This document shows, piece by piece, positions 26,859-38,945 of a DNA stretch of 64,000 bases; within the stretch, counting starts at the first letter, position 1; each line of letters opens with the position of its first letter. A model generated the notes under the pieces. It did not search any database. It saw only the letters and a list, made by a program, of their open reading frames with translations, and was not told the origin of the DNA. The DNA is from Octopus sinensis (lineage: Eukaryota): positions 11,346,001-11,410,000 of the forward strand of contig NC_043016.1 of NCBI RefSeq assembly GCF_006345805.1, in the 5' to 3' direction. The position numbers were made by a program, and so were the translations under genes.

Positions 26859-27070
26859 GTCAATACAAGCCTTTATGAACGAAGCTGTTAAGTTTAATCC
26901 TTTAGCATTCAGATTACTCTGTCAAATGTAATATATATTAATTTACATTGATTTGAATTAAGCACTCATTAATTCAAAAGATGTTTGTCTTTTAGATTAC
27001 TTGGTGACCCTGTCAGTGCAGGTGCCACTTAAAAAGCATACAGTCCACACTGTAAAGTGTTTGGCTTTTT

Positions 27071-28706
27071 GAAGGGCATCCAGCTGTAAAAACCTTGCCA
27101 AAACTGCTTGTGCCACATAAAAAGCACTCACACTCAGCTGAGTGGTTGGTATTAGGAAGGGCATCCAGCTGTAAAAACCTTGCCAAAACTGCTTGTGCTA
27201 CATAAAAAGCACTCACACTCAACTGAGTGGTTGGTATTAGGAAGGGCATCCAGCTGTAAAAACCTTGCCAAAACTGCTTGTGCTACATAAAAAGCACTCA
27301 CACTCAACTGAGTGGTTGGTATTAGGAATGGCATCCAGCTGTAAAAACCTTGCCAAAACTGCTTGTGCTACATAAAAAGCACTCACACTCAGCTGAGTGG
27401 TTGGTATTAGGAAGGGCATCCAGCTGTAAAAACCTTGCCAAAACTGCTTGTGCTACATAAAAAGCACTCACACTCTGCTGAGTGGTTGGTATTAGGAAGG
27501 GCATCCAGCTGTAAAAACCTGCCAAAACTGCTTGTGCTACATAAAAAGCACTCACACTCAGCTGAGTGGTTGGTATTAGGAAGGGCATCCAGCTGTAAAA
27601 ACCTTGCCAAAACTGCTTGTGCTACATAAAAAGCACTCACACTCTGCTGAGTGGTTGGTATTAGGAAGGGCATCCAGCTGTAAAAACCTTGCCAAAACTG
27701 CTTGTGCTACATAAAAAGCACTCACACTCAGCTGAGTGGTTGATATTAGGAAGGGCATCCAGCTGTAAAAACCTTGCCAAAACTGCTTGTGCTACATAAA
27801 AAGCACTCACACTCTGCTGAGTGGTTGGTATTAGGAAGGGCATCCAGCTGTAAAAACCTTGCCAAAACTGCTTGTGCTACATCAAAAGCACTCACACTCA
27901 GCTGAGTGGTTGGTATTAGGAAGGGCATCCAGCTGTAAAAACCTTGCCAAAACTGCTTGTGCTACATAAAAAGCACTCACACTCAGCTGAGTGGTTGGTA
28001 TTAGGAATGGCATCCAGCTGTAAAAACCTTGCCAAAACTGCTTGTGCTACATAAAAAGCACTCACACTCAGCTGAGTGGTTGGTATTAGGAAGGGCATCC
28101 AGCTGTAAAAACCTTGCCAAAACTGCTTGTGCTACATAAAAAGCACTCACACTCTGCTGAGTGGTTGGTATTAGGAAGGGCATCCAGCTGTAAAAACCTT
28201 GCCAAAACTGCTTGTGCTACATAAAAAGCACTCACACTCAGCTGAGTGGTTGGTATTAGAAAGGGCATCCAGCTGTTAAAAACCTTGCCAAAACTGCTTG
28301 TGCTACATAAAAAGCACTCACACTCTGCTGAGTGGTGGTATTAGGAAGGGCATCCAGCTGTAAAAACCTTGCCAAAACTGCTTGTGCTACATAAAAAGCA
28401 CTCACACTCAGCTGAGTGGTTGGTATTAGGAAGGGCATCCAGCTGTAAAAACCTTGCCAAAACTGCTTGTGCTACATAAAAAGCACTCACACTCTGCTGA
28501 GTGGTTGGTATTAGGAAGGCATCCAGCTGTAAAAACCTTGCCAAAACTGCTTGTGCTACATAAAAAGCACTCACACTCTACTGAGTGGTTGGTGTTAGGA
28601 AGGGCATCCAGCTGTAAAAACCTTGCCAAAACTGCTTGTGCTACATAAAAAGCACTCACACTCTGCTGAGTGGTTGGTATTAGGAAGGGCATCCAGCTGT
28701 AAAAAT
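27071..28706. repeat. 85-bp tandem satellite, 19 full copies plus a partial one
   Basis: Unit gaagggcatccagctgtaaaaaccttgccaaaactgcttgtgctacataaaaagcactcacactcagctgagtggttggtattag. No unique spacers. Confidence 0.97.
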
Positions 28707-29974
28707 CCTGTCAAAACAGTCACAGAAGTCTGGTGCAGGCTTCTTTCTGGCTGGCTCCTGTCAAACTGTCATACCCATGCCAGCATTTGAGGCAAATGTT
28801 AAATGATGATGCATTGTCTTGGAACTTTGAGATTTCAACGATGCAATTGTTGATTTTCACAATGACATTGTTAAGTCAGGGTGAGAGGCCAGATCCGGCC
28901 AGTTAGAACATAAAACAAGTAGAAAATTTTGGCCCAAATATGACTGGTTTAAATGCTAAAGGGTTAATGACATTTTAAGAATAAAGATGCCTTATAACTA
29001 TTCTTTAACTTCACAACTTCATCCTGGAATCCACCTTTATGGTTGACAGATTATAGTCCCACCCATTTTACATTTCTTAAATGTTGGTAATTCCAATTGG
29101 AAATTTCATTTGTTAATTAATCAACATGTCACACCTCGCTTTTATATTTGGTAGGCCTGATGAATCAAGAATTGCATAATGCATTACATAGTAACATAAT
29201 TCTTGTATATTGTTCATACTGCATACCTGAAAGTGCTATGTTTCTATAGTAACGAAGACTGCTAACGCAACATTTGTAGCAGTACCGGATAACCAATTTG
29301 TCTATTTTTATTAAGTTCTTATATCACACTTGAAGTTCCATTCTTCTTTGAATATTTCTAAAGACTACTAGAGTTGTGGACAATCAAGCAACAGTGAATG
29401 TCTCTTCATCAACACATTCCAGACAACAATAACGGAATACTTAACTGTGGCATGGTTCACTGTGATATGCCTGACTCGATCTTTGGGGGATCCCCTTTAA
29501 GGAAATCTACATATGTATGTGTGTGTGTGTGTGTTACTTAACACAGGCTTTCCATTGCATTAGATAAATGAGAAATTAATCTTTCATTGTGGCACATGTT
29601 AGTCTATTGCATTACAACTTTTCCTACAAGAGAATTTGAATTCAGTATTGCTTATCAATAAAATGCTGCTTGAAGTAATGTTTATGAGCTTATGGTAAAT
29701 ACTCGCAGCTTAAGCCCACAAGAGGGAAGGTTTATGCAGTCAAGTCATTAAATTTTCTCCAAATCACACACCACAACCATGAAATGTGAGATTTACTTTT
29801 GGATAATGTCCTCCTAGGTAAACAATGCAAGAAACAAGGATAGTCATGGCTGTTAAGCTGTGGACGATAGATATGCTAGATCATAGCTGACCAGCAGCTA
29901 CTCAACTTACATAAGTATATATATATATTACAAAGTAAGATAGGGGTTATATATATATGCATACATACATATCA

Positions 29975-31157
29975 CAAGTCCCTTCAGGTAGATGGCCCTG
30001 CTCGATCTGTAGAAAAGGTGTAGGTAGAAACTCCTTAAGAAGTACCTGGTGTAAGCTATGGACACATAAGAGGTGCAGCAATATCAAAGGTAGGCTAACT
30101 GGGAAGATAGTTTTTGTGTGTGGCAAATGTACAGGAACAATAGACATTGAAAATGCGCAGAAAACAGCTCCCGTCACATGCCAGAGGGAAAACCTAGAAG
30201 TAGTTGATAGCTTCTGTTACCTATATGACCAAATCAGTGGTGGGGGGGGATGCTCTGAGAGTGTAGCTGCTAGAATAAGAATAGCCTGGGTAAAGCTCAG
30301 AGAGCTCCTACCTCTGCTGGTGACAAAAGGCCTCTCACTCAGAGTAAAAGCTAGACTGTATGATGCATGTGTACGAACAGCCATGCTGAATGGCAGTGAA
30401 ACATGGGCCATGACTGCTGAGGACATGTGTAAGCTCACAAGGAATGAAACCAGTATTCTCCACTGGATGTGTAATGTCAGTGTGCACACACAACAGAGTG
30501 TAAGCGCCCTGAGAGAAAAGTTGGACATAAGTGTCACACTAGCTGTAGAGGGAATCTGTGGAAGAGGTAGACCCAGGAAGACCTGGTGGTGAAGCATGAC
30601 CTTTGAATGGTGGGCCTCACAGAGGCGATGACGTGTAGCTGAGACCTTTTAAAATATGCTGTGCTTGAGAAGACATGGCAAGTCAAGTGAGACCATAACC
30701 ATGGCCTATGCCAGTGCAGTTAACCGGACCATTTAAGAGTACCCTTCAATCATTGGGCAATAAACTGTGCTTGCAAAGACCTGTTCATTCAAGTGAAGTC
30801 ATTGTCATGGCCAATGCCACTACCGCCCAAGAGGCACCAATACTGGTGGCAAATGAATAGCACCTTTCGAGCATGGTCATTGCCAGGGCCGCCAGACTGG
30901 CTCCTGTGCCAGTTGTACATAAAAATCCCCATTCAAGCATGGTCATTGCCAGTACCGCCTAACTGGCCCTTGTGCCTTTGGTACGTAAAAAGCACCCACT
31001 ACATTCTCAGAGTGGTTGGTGTTAGGAATTGCATCCAGCTGTGGAAACATTGCCAGATCAGATTGGAGCCTGGTGCGGCCTTCTGGCTTGCCAGTCTCCA
31101 GTCAAACCGTCCATCCCATGCCAGCATGGAAAACGAATGTTAAACAACAATGATGAC
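29975..31157 (+). mobile_element. RTE-type LINE, 5'-truncated (211-aa ORF 29957-30592 is its ORF2 C-terminal part)
   Basis: RWPCSICRKGVGRNS..CKLWTHKRCS, VVDSFCYL, RLYDACVRTAMLNGSETW, RGRPRKTW. The 3'UTR has ~65-bp internal repeats and a (GAT)-type tail. Confidence 0.92.
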
Positions 31158-31287
31158 ATATATACATATGTATGTACATACATACATGTGTACATACACA
31201 CATACATACATACATACATACATACATACATACATACATACATACATACATGTGTACATACATACATTAATACACACAAACACAAGT

Positions 31288-31322
<35 letters not shown>

Positions 31323-31906
31323 GTTTTGCCTACCTCATCCATTTTATAGCTTTGGTTAGCTTGGTGCCACAGGTGCTGCCCCGTGGGACTGAACTCAGAA
31401 CCATAGAGCTGAGAAGAAGACTTCATGACCACACGACCATACTTGCATGTACACATGTATGTTTGTACATATGTATGTGTATGTATGTACTTACACGTGC
31501 ATCTATGCTTGTACAAGCTTATGCATGTACGTGTAAGTTCTATGTAAGTATGATGGTGGTGGTAGTGATGATGGTGGTGGTGGTAGTGGTAGTGGTGGTG
31601 GTGGTGGTGGTAATGATGATAATGATGGTGTGTACATATATGTAGTTATAATATTTTTCTTTCCCATAGCTCCCTAGATCTTCTAGGAAGGCAACACACA
31701 TGGCAAACCTTGTCCCTTATAGATTTGGCATTCGCGTCACCCAAATTCCTCCTCTTCAGCTTTCTTTGCTTCCGTTCACTTCTCGTTACGTCATGGAAAA
31801 ATGTACGTGAAATTTTAAGTAAAAGTCAAAATTTGAAAGACATCAGAGGTTTACAATTCCTTCTCTTTGCACAAATGTTTTGAAATTTTATACATACATA
31901 TGTGTG

Positions 31907-31952
<46 letters not shown>

Positions 31953-33299
31953 TATATATACACATATACATGTATATACATATACACATATATACACACA
32001 TATATATACACATATATATATACATGCATATATATATATACACACACACATACACATATATATACATACATACACATATATACATGCATATGTATATACA
32101 TATATACACACATATACATACATATATATACATATATATATACACATACACATATATACATATATATACACATACACATATACATATATATACACATACA
32201 CACACATCTACATATATATAATACACACATATATACATACATAAATACATATACACATGTACATACTGAAATGCATATACACATATACTTAAATGCCTAT
32301 ACACATATACATACATAAGCGCATACACACACACACACACACACACAATTGCAGGCAGAAAAATGCACTGTTAGGTTACTGCATGCCCAATATTTCTTTC
32401 TTATCAACACCAGGAATGCAACAGAAGACATGCTTAGATGTGTAATGAACATGCCACATGTTTCACTTCTTTTCAAAACTAATTGGCATGGAATTTCACT
32501 GATTGGATGAAAATTGGAAGAGAATAGCAGCGCTAAAAAAATCGGAAGAGAATAACATCAAAATTAGGAAGTAAACATTTTCATGGGAAAAGATGTCTTC
32601 TTGTAGGTTTTACCATTTCTTTCTCCTTTTTTGTATTTTTAATTCCTTTTTTGGTGAATAACATTTAACATTGTAAGTCTTAGATGTGTTGCTTCTTTTG
32701 TTTTGCATTTGTTTTCTCTTATATTGAAGAATGAAAGTCATAAAACCAAAACTATGATGCTGTTTAAATTATAATTCAAACTTTCTAATTAAGTTTCTCC
32801 GACTCTTACAGAAATGTATTTCACATACAAAATTCTTTAACAATTTAGTGCTTAAACCAGCCAAAATTAAGTCCCCTTTATTTTTTTAAACCAGCCAAAT
32901 GGCGGTGCCCCAGCATGGCCACAGCTCATAAGCTGAAACTAGATAAAATAAAATAAATAAATAAATTTTTTAATCAGGCCATATCCATCTGCTCTTTGAA
33001 ATTGCTAAAAAATTAAACAAATCACATTGAATTCTCGTAGCTTTGAAATAATGTGAGATGAAGCTTGTCTTGCCTTTATTCAAGTATAAATATTGTGAAA
33101 TTGTTTACACCACATGGTTTTTCAACATTTGTATATTTTATACTTTGCTTTTTGTACTGGAGTTTTTTTTTCTCTAGTTTTTGAATGTGTTGTGCTGCTT
33201 TGCAGTGGTTTGTTTGTTTGACATATATACATACATACATACATATACATACATGTGTACATACATACAGTGGTTTGTTTGTGAGAGGAGAGATAGGTT

Positions 33300-34255
33300 A
33301 GTAAAACCATGTCTGTAGAAGACTGTAGCTTTTCAGACATATCACCGTTGGAAGAGGAATTGTTGGAGGCAGTTTGGAAGATGGACGATCAATTGAAGAA
33401 GAAGAGGAATTTTGCCGATGTGGCAAAATGCCAGGAGAAGGAAATGGCTATTGGAAAATTTGGAAGGTATAAAGATTTATTAAGTTGGGATGGTTTTGAG
33501 GTGAAGCTGTGTGAGAGGTTGGAGAGTTCCAAATGTGGAAGAAGAAACCAGAAAGGAGGAGAAATTAGTAGCAATGGAGGACAAGTGGGAAAAGTCACCG
33601 GAAGAAAGAGAAAGAAGGCAAGTGTTTCGAATTCTAAACCCCCCACCCACACCTTCTCAGACCTACCCTCCCTCTGCAGACACTAAGCCTACTCATTCCC
33701 CTCCGACACAAATACAAAAGAAAAAGAAAACAAATACACACAAAAACCTCAAATTCCCTCCAGCCAAGCGGAAAAGAAAAAAGATGTATTGTAATAATGT
33801 ATGACAATTCAAATGAGGAATTATGTAAGGAGATAAGGACATGGAAGAGTGTAAAGAAGTGGAAACAGAGGGGTATGACAATGTTAAGAGGTGGCACCAA
33901 TGTGTGGTAACCATTGAGGAACAAAAGGTGAGGTTGGCAAGGCATGGAAGTGGATAGGATTGGTGGGAAGTGGAACTTGATTGGAACAAACTACCAAACC
34001 TTCTAACATATAAAAAATTGCTGGAAGAGCATGATGTGGACATTTTGGAAGGATCAAGGTATAAGGGGTGTTAAAAGGCAGAAATGGATTTACTCAGAGG
34101 TGGGGCTGGGTAGTTTCATTGCATTTTTCTTGTTTTCATTATCATCCCATGTTCTCATATGTTGATTTGATTTTTTTTTTGTTTGTATTATGTCCCCACA
34201 TGTTATGTATTGTCCTGTCTGTGTTCGCCCCTTGTGGAGAATAAAAAATCAATGG
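33300..34255 (+). mobile_element. Unclassified retroposon-like segment
   Basis: Broken charged and proline-rich ORFs. The 3' end ccccttgtggagaataaaaaat resembles the SINE family B tail. Confidence 0.4.
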
Positions 34256-34299
34256 TGTTTTTTTCAACGTTTGGAGAGAAGTCTGTACCTTAGCTTTTA

Positions 34300-35975
34300 A
34301 TGAAATGGTGTCAGCAACTTTGAAGGTTTTACTTTTGAGGATATAGAAAATATAAACGAAAACAAGAGTATTTTGTCTTCAGATGAATCTGATATCGATA
34401 TTAGTGAATATTCATTGGATGAGGAAGATTTTGAGAACAAAAGTGATAAAAATGAAAGTGATGAAAATGATATCGTAAACATGGCAACATGGTCAAAGAT
34501 TACAACACCAATCACTATTCCTGATTTCACAAAAAAACACTGGTCCACAACACAATTTACCTCCTGATGCTCAACCATTCTACTATCTACTTTAATTTTT
34601 ACCAGAAAGTTGTTTTGAAAATGTTAAGGAGAAAGCAAACAAATATGCGCAACATATAATTTCTGGTCTTGGAAGAAACGATCCACTATGGCAGCCAAGT
34701 TATACTGTTGAAATGAGAGCATTTTTCACAACCAATATTATGTTTGGTCTTCAACAGCTTCCTCGACTGTGGAACTACTGGAGTCCTGATATAAGGTATG
34801 GCAATCCATATATCTCAAGTATAATGTTGAAGACAAGGTATTCAAAAATATCTCAGTATTTACATTTAACTGATTCTGCTAATGCCCCCAGAAAAACAAC
34901 CCAAACTACAATCCCCTGTATTGTACAGTATGCCCTGTAATTGATTTACTTTTTAATAGTTAAAAACTGTGTATCTACCAGGGAAAAATCTCAGTGTAGA
35001 TGAAGCCATGATAGGCTATACAAGCAGAGTACATTTTTGGCAGTACATGCCTGCCAAACCCACTAAAGTGGGTATCAAGGTATGGGAATTCTGTGAATCA
35101 GACACTGGATATTGTTTAAACTTTGATGTTTACACAGGTAAAAAATATAATGGAAACAGACCATATCACCATCAGCACCAACACTTCTATTTTGTCTGGG
35201 TTTTTTTTTCTTCAGTGGCTTTGACAAAAATATCTTGCCTGTGTAAGTACTTATAAGTGCAGTACTGTTATGGGCAACCATAAAGGTTTAATCCATGAAA
35301 TGAAAACAAAATTTAAAAAAAAGGGGGGACATTTTACAAATGCAAAAGGAAAATTTATTAGCTACTGCTTTCAAAGATAAAAGACAGATTTCATATGTCT
35401 TCTAATGAACAACCTGGTGTTTGTGCTGAGGGGAAACCCCTAGTGAATATTTGTTATTACAAATATATGGGTGGGGTTGATAAATCTGACCAGTATCAAG
35501 CATGTTACCCAGTTGGTTGACCCGGGAAGAAATGGTAGAGGTACATTTTGTGGGTTTTAATTAATTTAACTATAGTTAATTTATATACTGTATATGTAAA
35601 AAGCCACAATGTACCTCTGCCACCAAAAGACTATGACCACTTGAAATTTTGGGTTGACATCGCATCTCAGTTACGTGAGGGCTTTTCTTCTAGAAAGCAC
35701 AAAACTGGGAGAAAAAGCAAAATTAACTGAGGTGGATGTCAACAGAGAAAATATTGACATTAATAAAGTGGAAAATGTAAATGGAGGGAAAAAAGTTTGC
35801 AGACAGTATTTGCTGCAAAAAAGAAAAACTGCAAAAGAATATCAGATTAAGACTTTGTGTAAGTGTTCCTTTGCAGACAGTATTTGCTGCAAAAAAGAAA
35901 AACTGCAAAAGAATATCAGATTAAGACTTTGTGTAAGTGTTCCTTTTGCAGAGTGCCCTTGTGTAAAGGGTACTT
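34300..35975 (+). pseudogene. piggyBac (PGBD4-like, DDE_Tnp_1_7-type) transposase pseudogene
   Basis: Acidic N-terminus; LWNYWS...RYSKISQYLHL; LSVDEAMIGY..QYMPAKPTK.GIKVW..CESDTGY..NFDVYTGK; YMGGVDKSDQ; Cys-rich C-terminus containing a 74-bp tandem duplication (35796-35950). Internal deletion and stops. Confidence 0.93.
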
Positions 35976-36807
35976 AACACAGAAATATGTCATAACTATA
36001 TTATTTTGTATATTCCTTCTCATTTTATTATAAATAATATGTGAAAGTGAAAAATACATATTAATTTTCAGTATGTTACACACCTGTACTCACCTTTGTC
36101 TCACCTGTTAATGAGATTTTTTTATTAGATGCATCCTGTTATGTAAGTGAATTTGTTAAATTGTATAAGAGTACATAGCCAATGGTATATTGACTAATAA
36201 AAGAATTTGGTACTTTATTTTCTATGAAAATATTTGAATGAAATATAAAGAATAAAATCTTGTACTGATTACACCGGTATTTTAATTAATTCAAATTAAT
36301 GTACCTCATCTTGAAAAATGTAAAATTGTTGGCAGTTGACATCTGGGATAATTTTAGTAACAAATCAAACAGTTAAGACGTATTAAGAATATGTTTATTC
36401 ATAATGTTATTATTTTTACACGTGTTAATTATATTTACCTGCCCATAAAAGTCAAATTTAATCAGCAGAATCAGCTAAAATTACATAACTATAAACCACT
36501 GGCATAAAAGCACCCATTTACAACATTACAAATCTCTGTGTAGAAAATTAACAAAGTTACAAGCAAATATTGTAGACACCCCACTTGAACCTGAATAAAT
36601 CAAAATTAATGTGAACAGATAAGCATTACATTTGACAAATTAATCTGAATATTAAAGGGCTAAACATGCTTTTTTTTTCCTAAATTGACTTCACACTCTG
36701 GTACTTTTGGGGGAGGGGAGCAATTCAATTTTCAGAAGAGAAGAGGCTGGTAAAAAAGCCAAACTTGCTATCTCCCGGTTTTCATGCTTATCTTCACTTA
36801 TGGTCAT

Positions 36808-37215
36808 AAATATTGGATAATGACCGAAAGAGTATGATAACAAATACAAGCAGCTGAAATGGATTCCTCTGAAGAATTCCTGGAATAATGTATCTCAGTA
36901 GGAAGCAGAGTTTGGAGATCAGCAAATCACTCCATGTTGAAATGCTACTTCTCTGCATTAAGATGTCACAGCCCAAGTTCTGCAGACATGTGATTAGGAT
37001 GTCACAGAAAAGAATCACAAGGTGAATTCTTCAAGTGGAACCAACCAGACTTAAGAGTAGACCAGATAATATTCAGTTCCATTTGGTCATTCTTGGGAAT
37101 CCAGTCAAAAAGTGTAATGATGGTTTCTTCTGACAGGACCCTATGGAGGAGGTGCCTGAAAGTGCTGTCGACTCAAACCTTCCAGGAATGGTGGACAGAG
37201 AGGGTGGATGGATGG
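36808..37215 (+). mobile_element. Second RTE-clade LINE (Rex3/Expander-like) 3' relic
   Basis: WIMTERV..QIQAAEM.FL*RI...EISKSLHVEMLLL.I..SQ..F.RHV.RM; ends in a (GGAT)n tail. Confidence 0.7.
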
Positions 37216-37599
37216 CAGGATTTGCAGAATTAATAAAACAACAAACAGGAAGACACATAAGAAAGAAAGATTAACTGAATCAGTAGAGCAATACACAAAA
37301 TGCTTTGTGCTATATATATTTAGGGTTATATAAAAAGAGAGTAAATAGAAATTATGACTTACCTGTGTATGTGTGTGTGTGTGTGTGTATATATATAATT
37401 CAAAAACATGTAAATAAATACAGACAAACAGAAAACACAGGTCACCAACTCCTCTTTAGTTATCAGTCAGAGGGTCCAAGCGCAATTTCGGGCATTATCA
37501 ATAATATTCCTTCCACTCTGGAGATACCAGTAAGAAACTTGTGGTGAATGGGACCAAAACATAAGGCAAGACAAGACCAATGGTTAAAGGATGAAGAAC

Positions 37600-37830
37600 A
37601 TATATATATAAAGGGAAAGTTTACAAAAATAAACAAAAGACGAAGGCAGGTGGTGTACAAAACAAACAGATGTATTAGTATAGCACTCAGGAATAGAAAA
37701 AGTCTTTTACGTTTCGAGCCTACGCTCTCTACAAAGACAAAGAACAACAGAAAAAAACAAGGAGAGAAAAAAATGTGTGTAGTAGCTAAAGATCTATCAT
37801 GGCGTCTGACTCGGACAGAATTTTAAGTTT
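37600..37830 (-). mobile_element. Penelope-type terminal repeat relic ending in (TA)n
   Basis: gagcgtaggctcgaaacgtaaaagac motif, a degenerate hammerhead-like sequence. Confidence 0.5.
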
Positions 37831-38659
37831 CTAAGTTCAAATACTGTAAAAATAAACGACCAACAAAGTCTGGGGTTAATTGAGTTTCTACTAAAAGATA
37901 AAGCAAAACTCTTACATCTGATCATGAAAAGGTAGGTTGTATAAAACAAAAATAAAATAGAATAAAGCAAAAAGAAGAAAAAAAGAGAAAGAAAAATCAA
38001 TGTCTTTTCATGTTCAAACAAAATAGTTTATCTGAATATACAGTGTCCTTCAAATTTGTTGGCATTTAGACCCAAGATAATTTTAACCAGCCAGGCCCAT
38101 GATCAAAGATGTACCAACTATAGCCATCCTCTCTGTCTCTCTCTTTCTCTCTCTGTCTTTGGAGAAATGTATTTAAGAACACATCTGCCAATGTGTTACT
38201 CTTTTAAAACTGAAGATACGATTTGAAAGAAATTTAACTACAATTTCTTGCAGATCAAGCAACCATAGTGAGGCCACCCTTTAATTGGAGCAGGTGTATA
38301 TCTTATATGAAATATGGCATGGCTATGAGGATAAGAACTTAATTTTGAAATACCCTGGTTCTCAGTTTGATTCCACTGCATGGTACCTTGAGACTGGCTA
38401 TGCAAACAGGCTATGAACTGACCAGTTCCATGGACGGAAATACGATAGACATAAACAGTGCAAAAGCTTGTTTTTTAAGTGTTCATATGTGTGTGTGTAT
38501 TTATAATATCTATAGGACAAATTTAATCATCACTAAGTGTGACTAAGGGTGTAAGAAGAGCTCAAGATATACATATCCTGACAGGGGAGGTAACTGCCCC
38601 ACATACTTATATATACACATTTATATATGAATGATAGAAAATGGAACAAATGACATTCA

Positions 38660-38945
38660 TTTAATGTCCAGCTTCCATGCATGCACGGGAAGGATGGTTC
38701 ACTGGAGCTGGCCAGGTAGAAAATTTATCCAAGACTACTGCATCTGTTTTGGCAGGGTTTTTACAGCTGGATGTCCTTCCTAACACTAACCACTCTGCAG
38801 AGTGGACTCAGTGCTTTTTACATGGCACAAGCACAGGCAAGGATAGTTTTGGCAAGATTTTTACTGATCAATGCCCTTCCAAATGCTAACCACTTTACAG
38901 TGTGGACAGGATGGTTTTTACTTTGCACCAGCACTGGCAGTGGTA
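38660..38945 (-). mobile_element. RTE-3'UTR-derived retroposon with an internal duplication homologous to the 85-bp satellite unit
   Basis: Minus strand: gaagggcat...aaaaatcttgccaaaact...gcttgtgccatgtaaaaagcact...ctctgcagagtggttagtgttaggaaggacatccagctgtaaaaaccctgcc. Confidence 0.75.

Larger units (their letters stand above)
32841..36659 (+). mobile_element. Decayed piggyBac transposon, inferred full extent
   Basis: Left end TTAA-caatttagtgcttaaaccagcc and right end tctgaatattaaaggg-ctaa both match ends of MITE family 1, and they enclose the transposase relic. Confidence 0.65.

Noticed and set aside
27071-28706. CRISPR-like array (regular repeats with a palindrome)
   Set aside because: Units are contiguous and near-identical with no unique spacers, there are no cas genes, and the unit derives from a retroposon 3'UTR.
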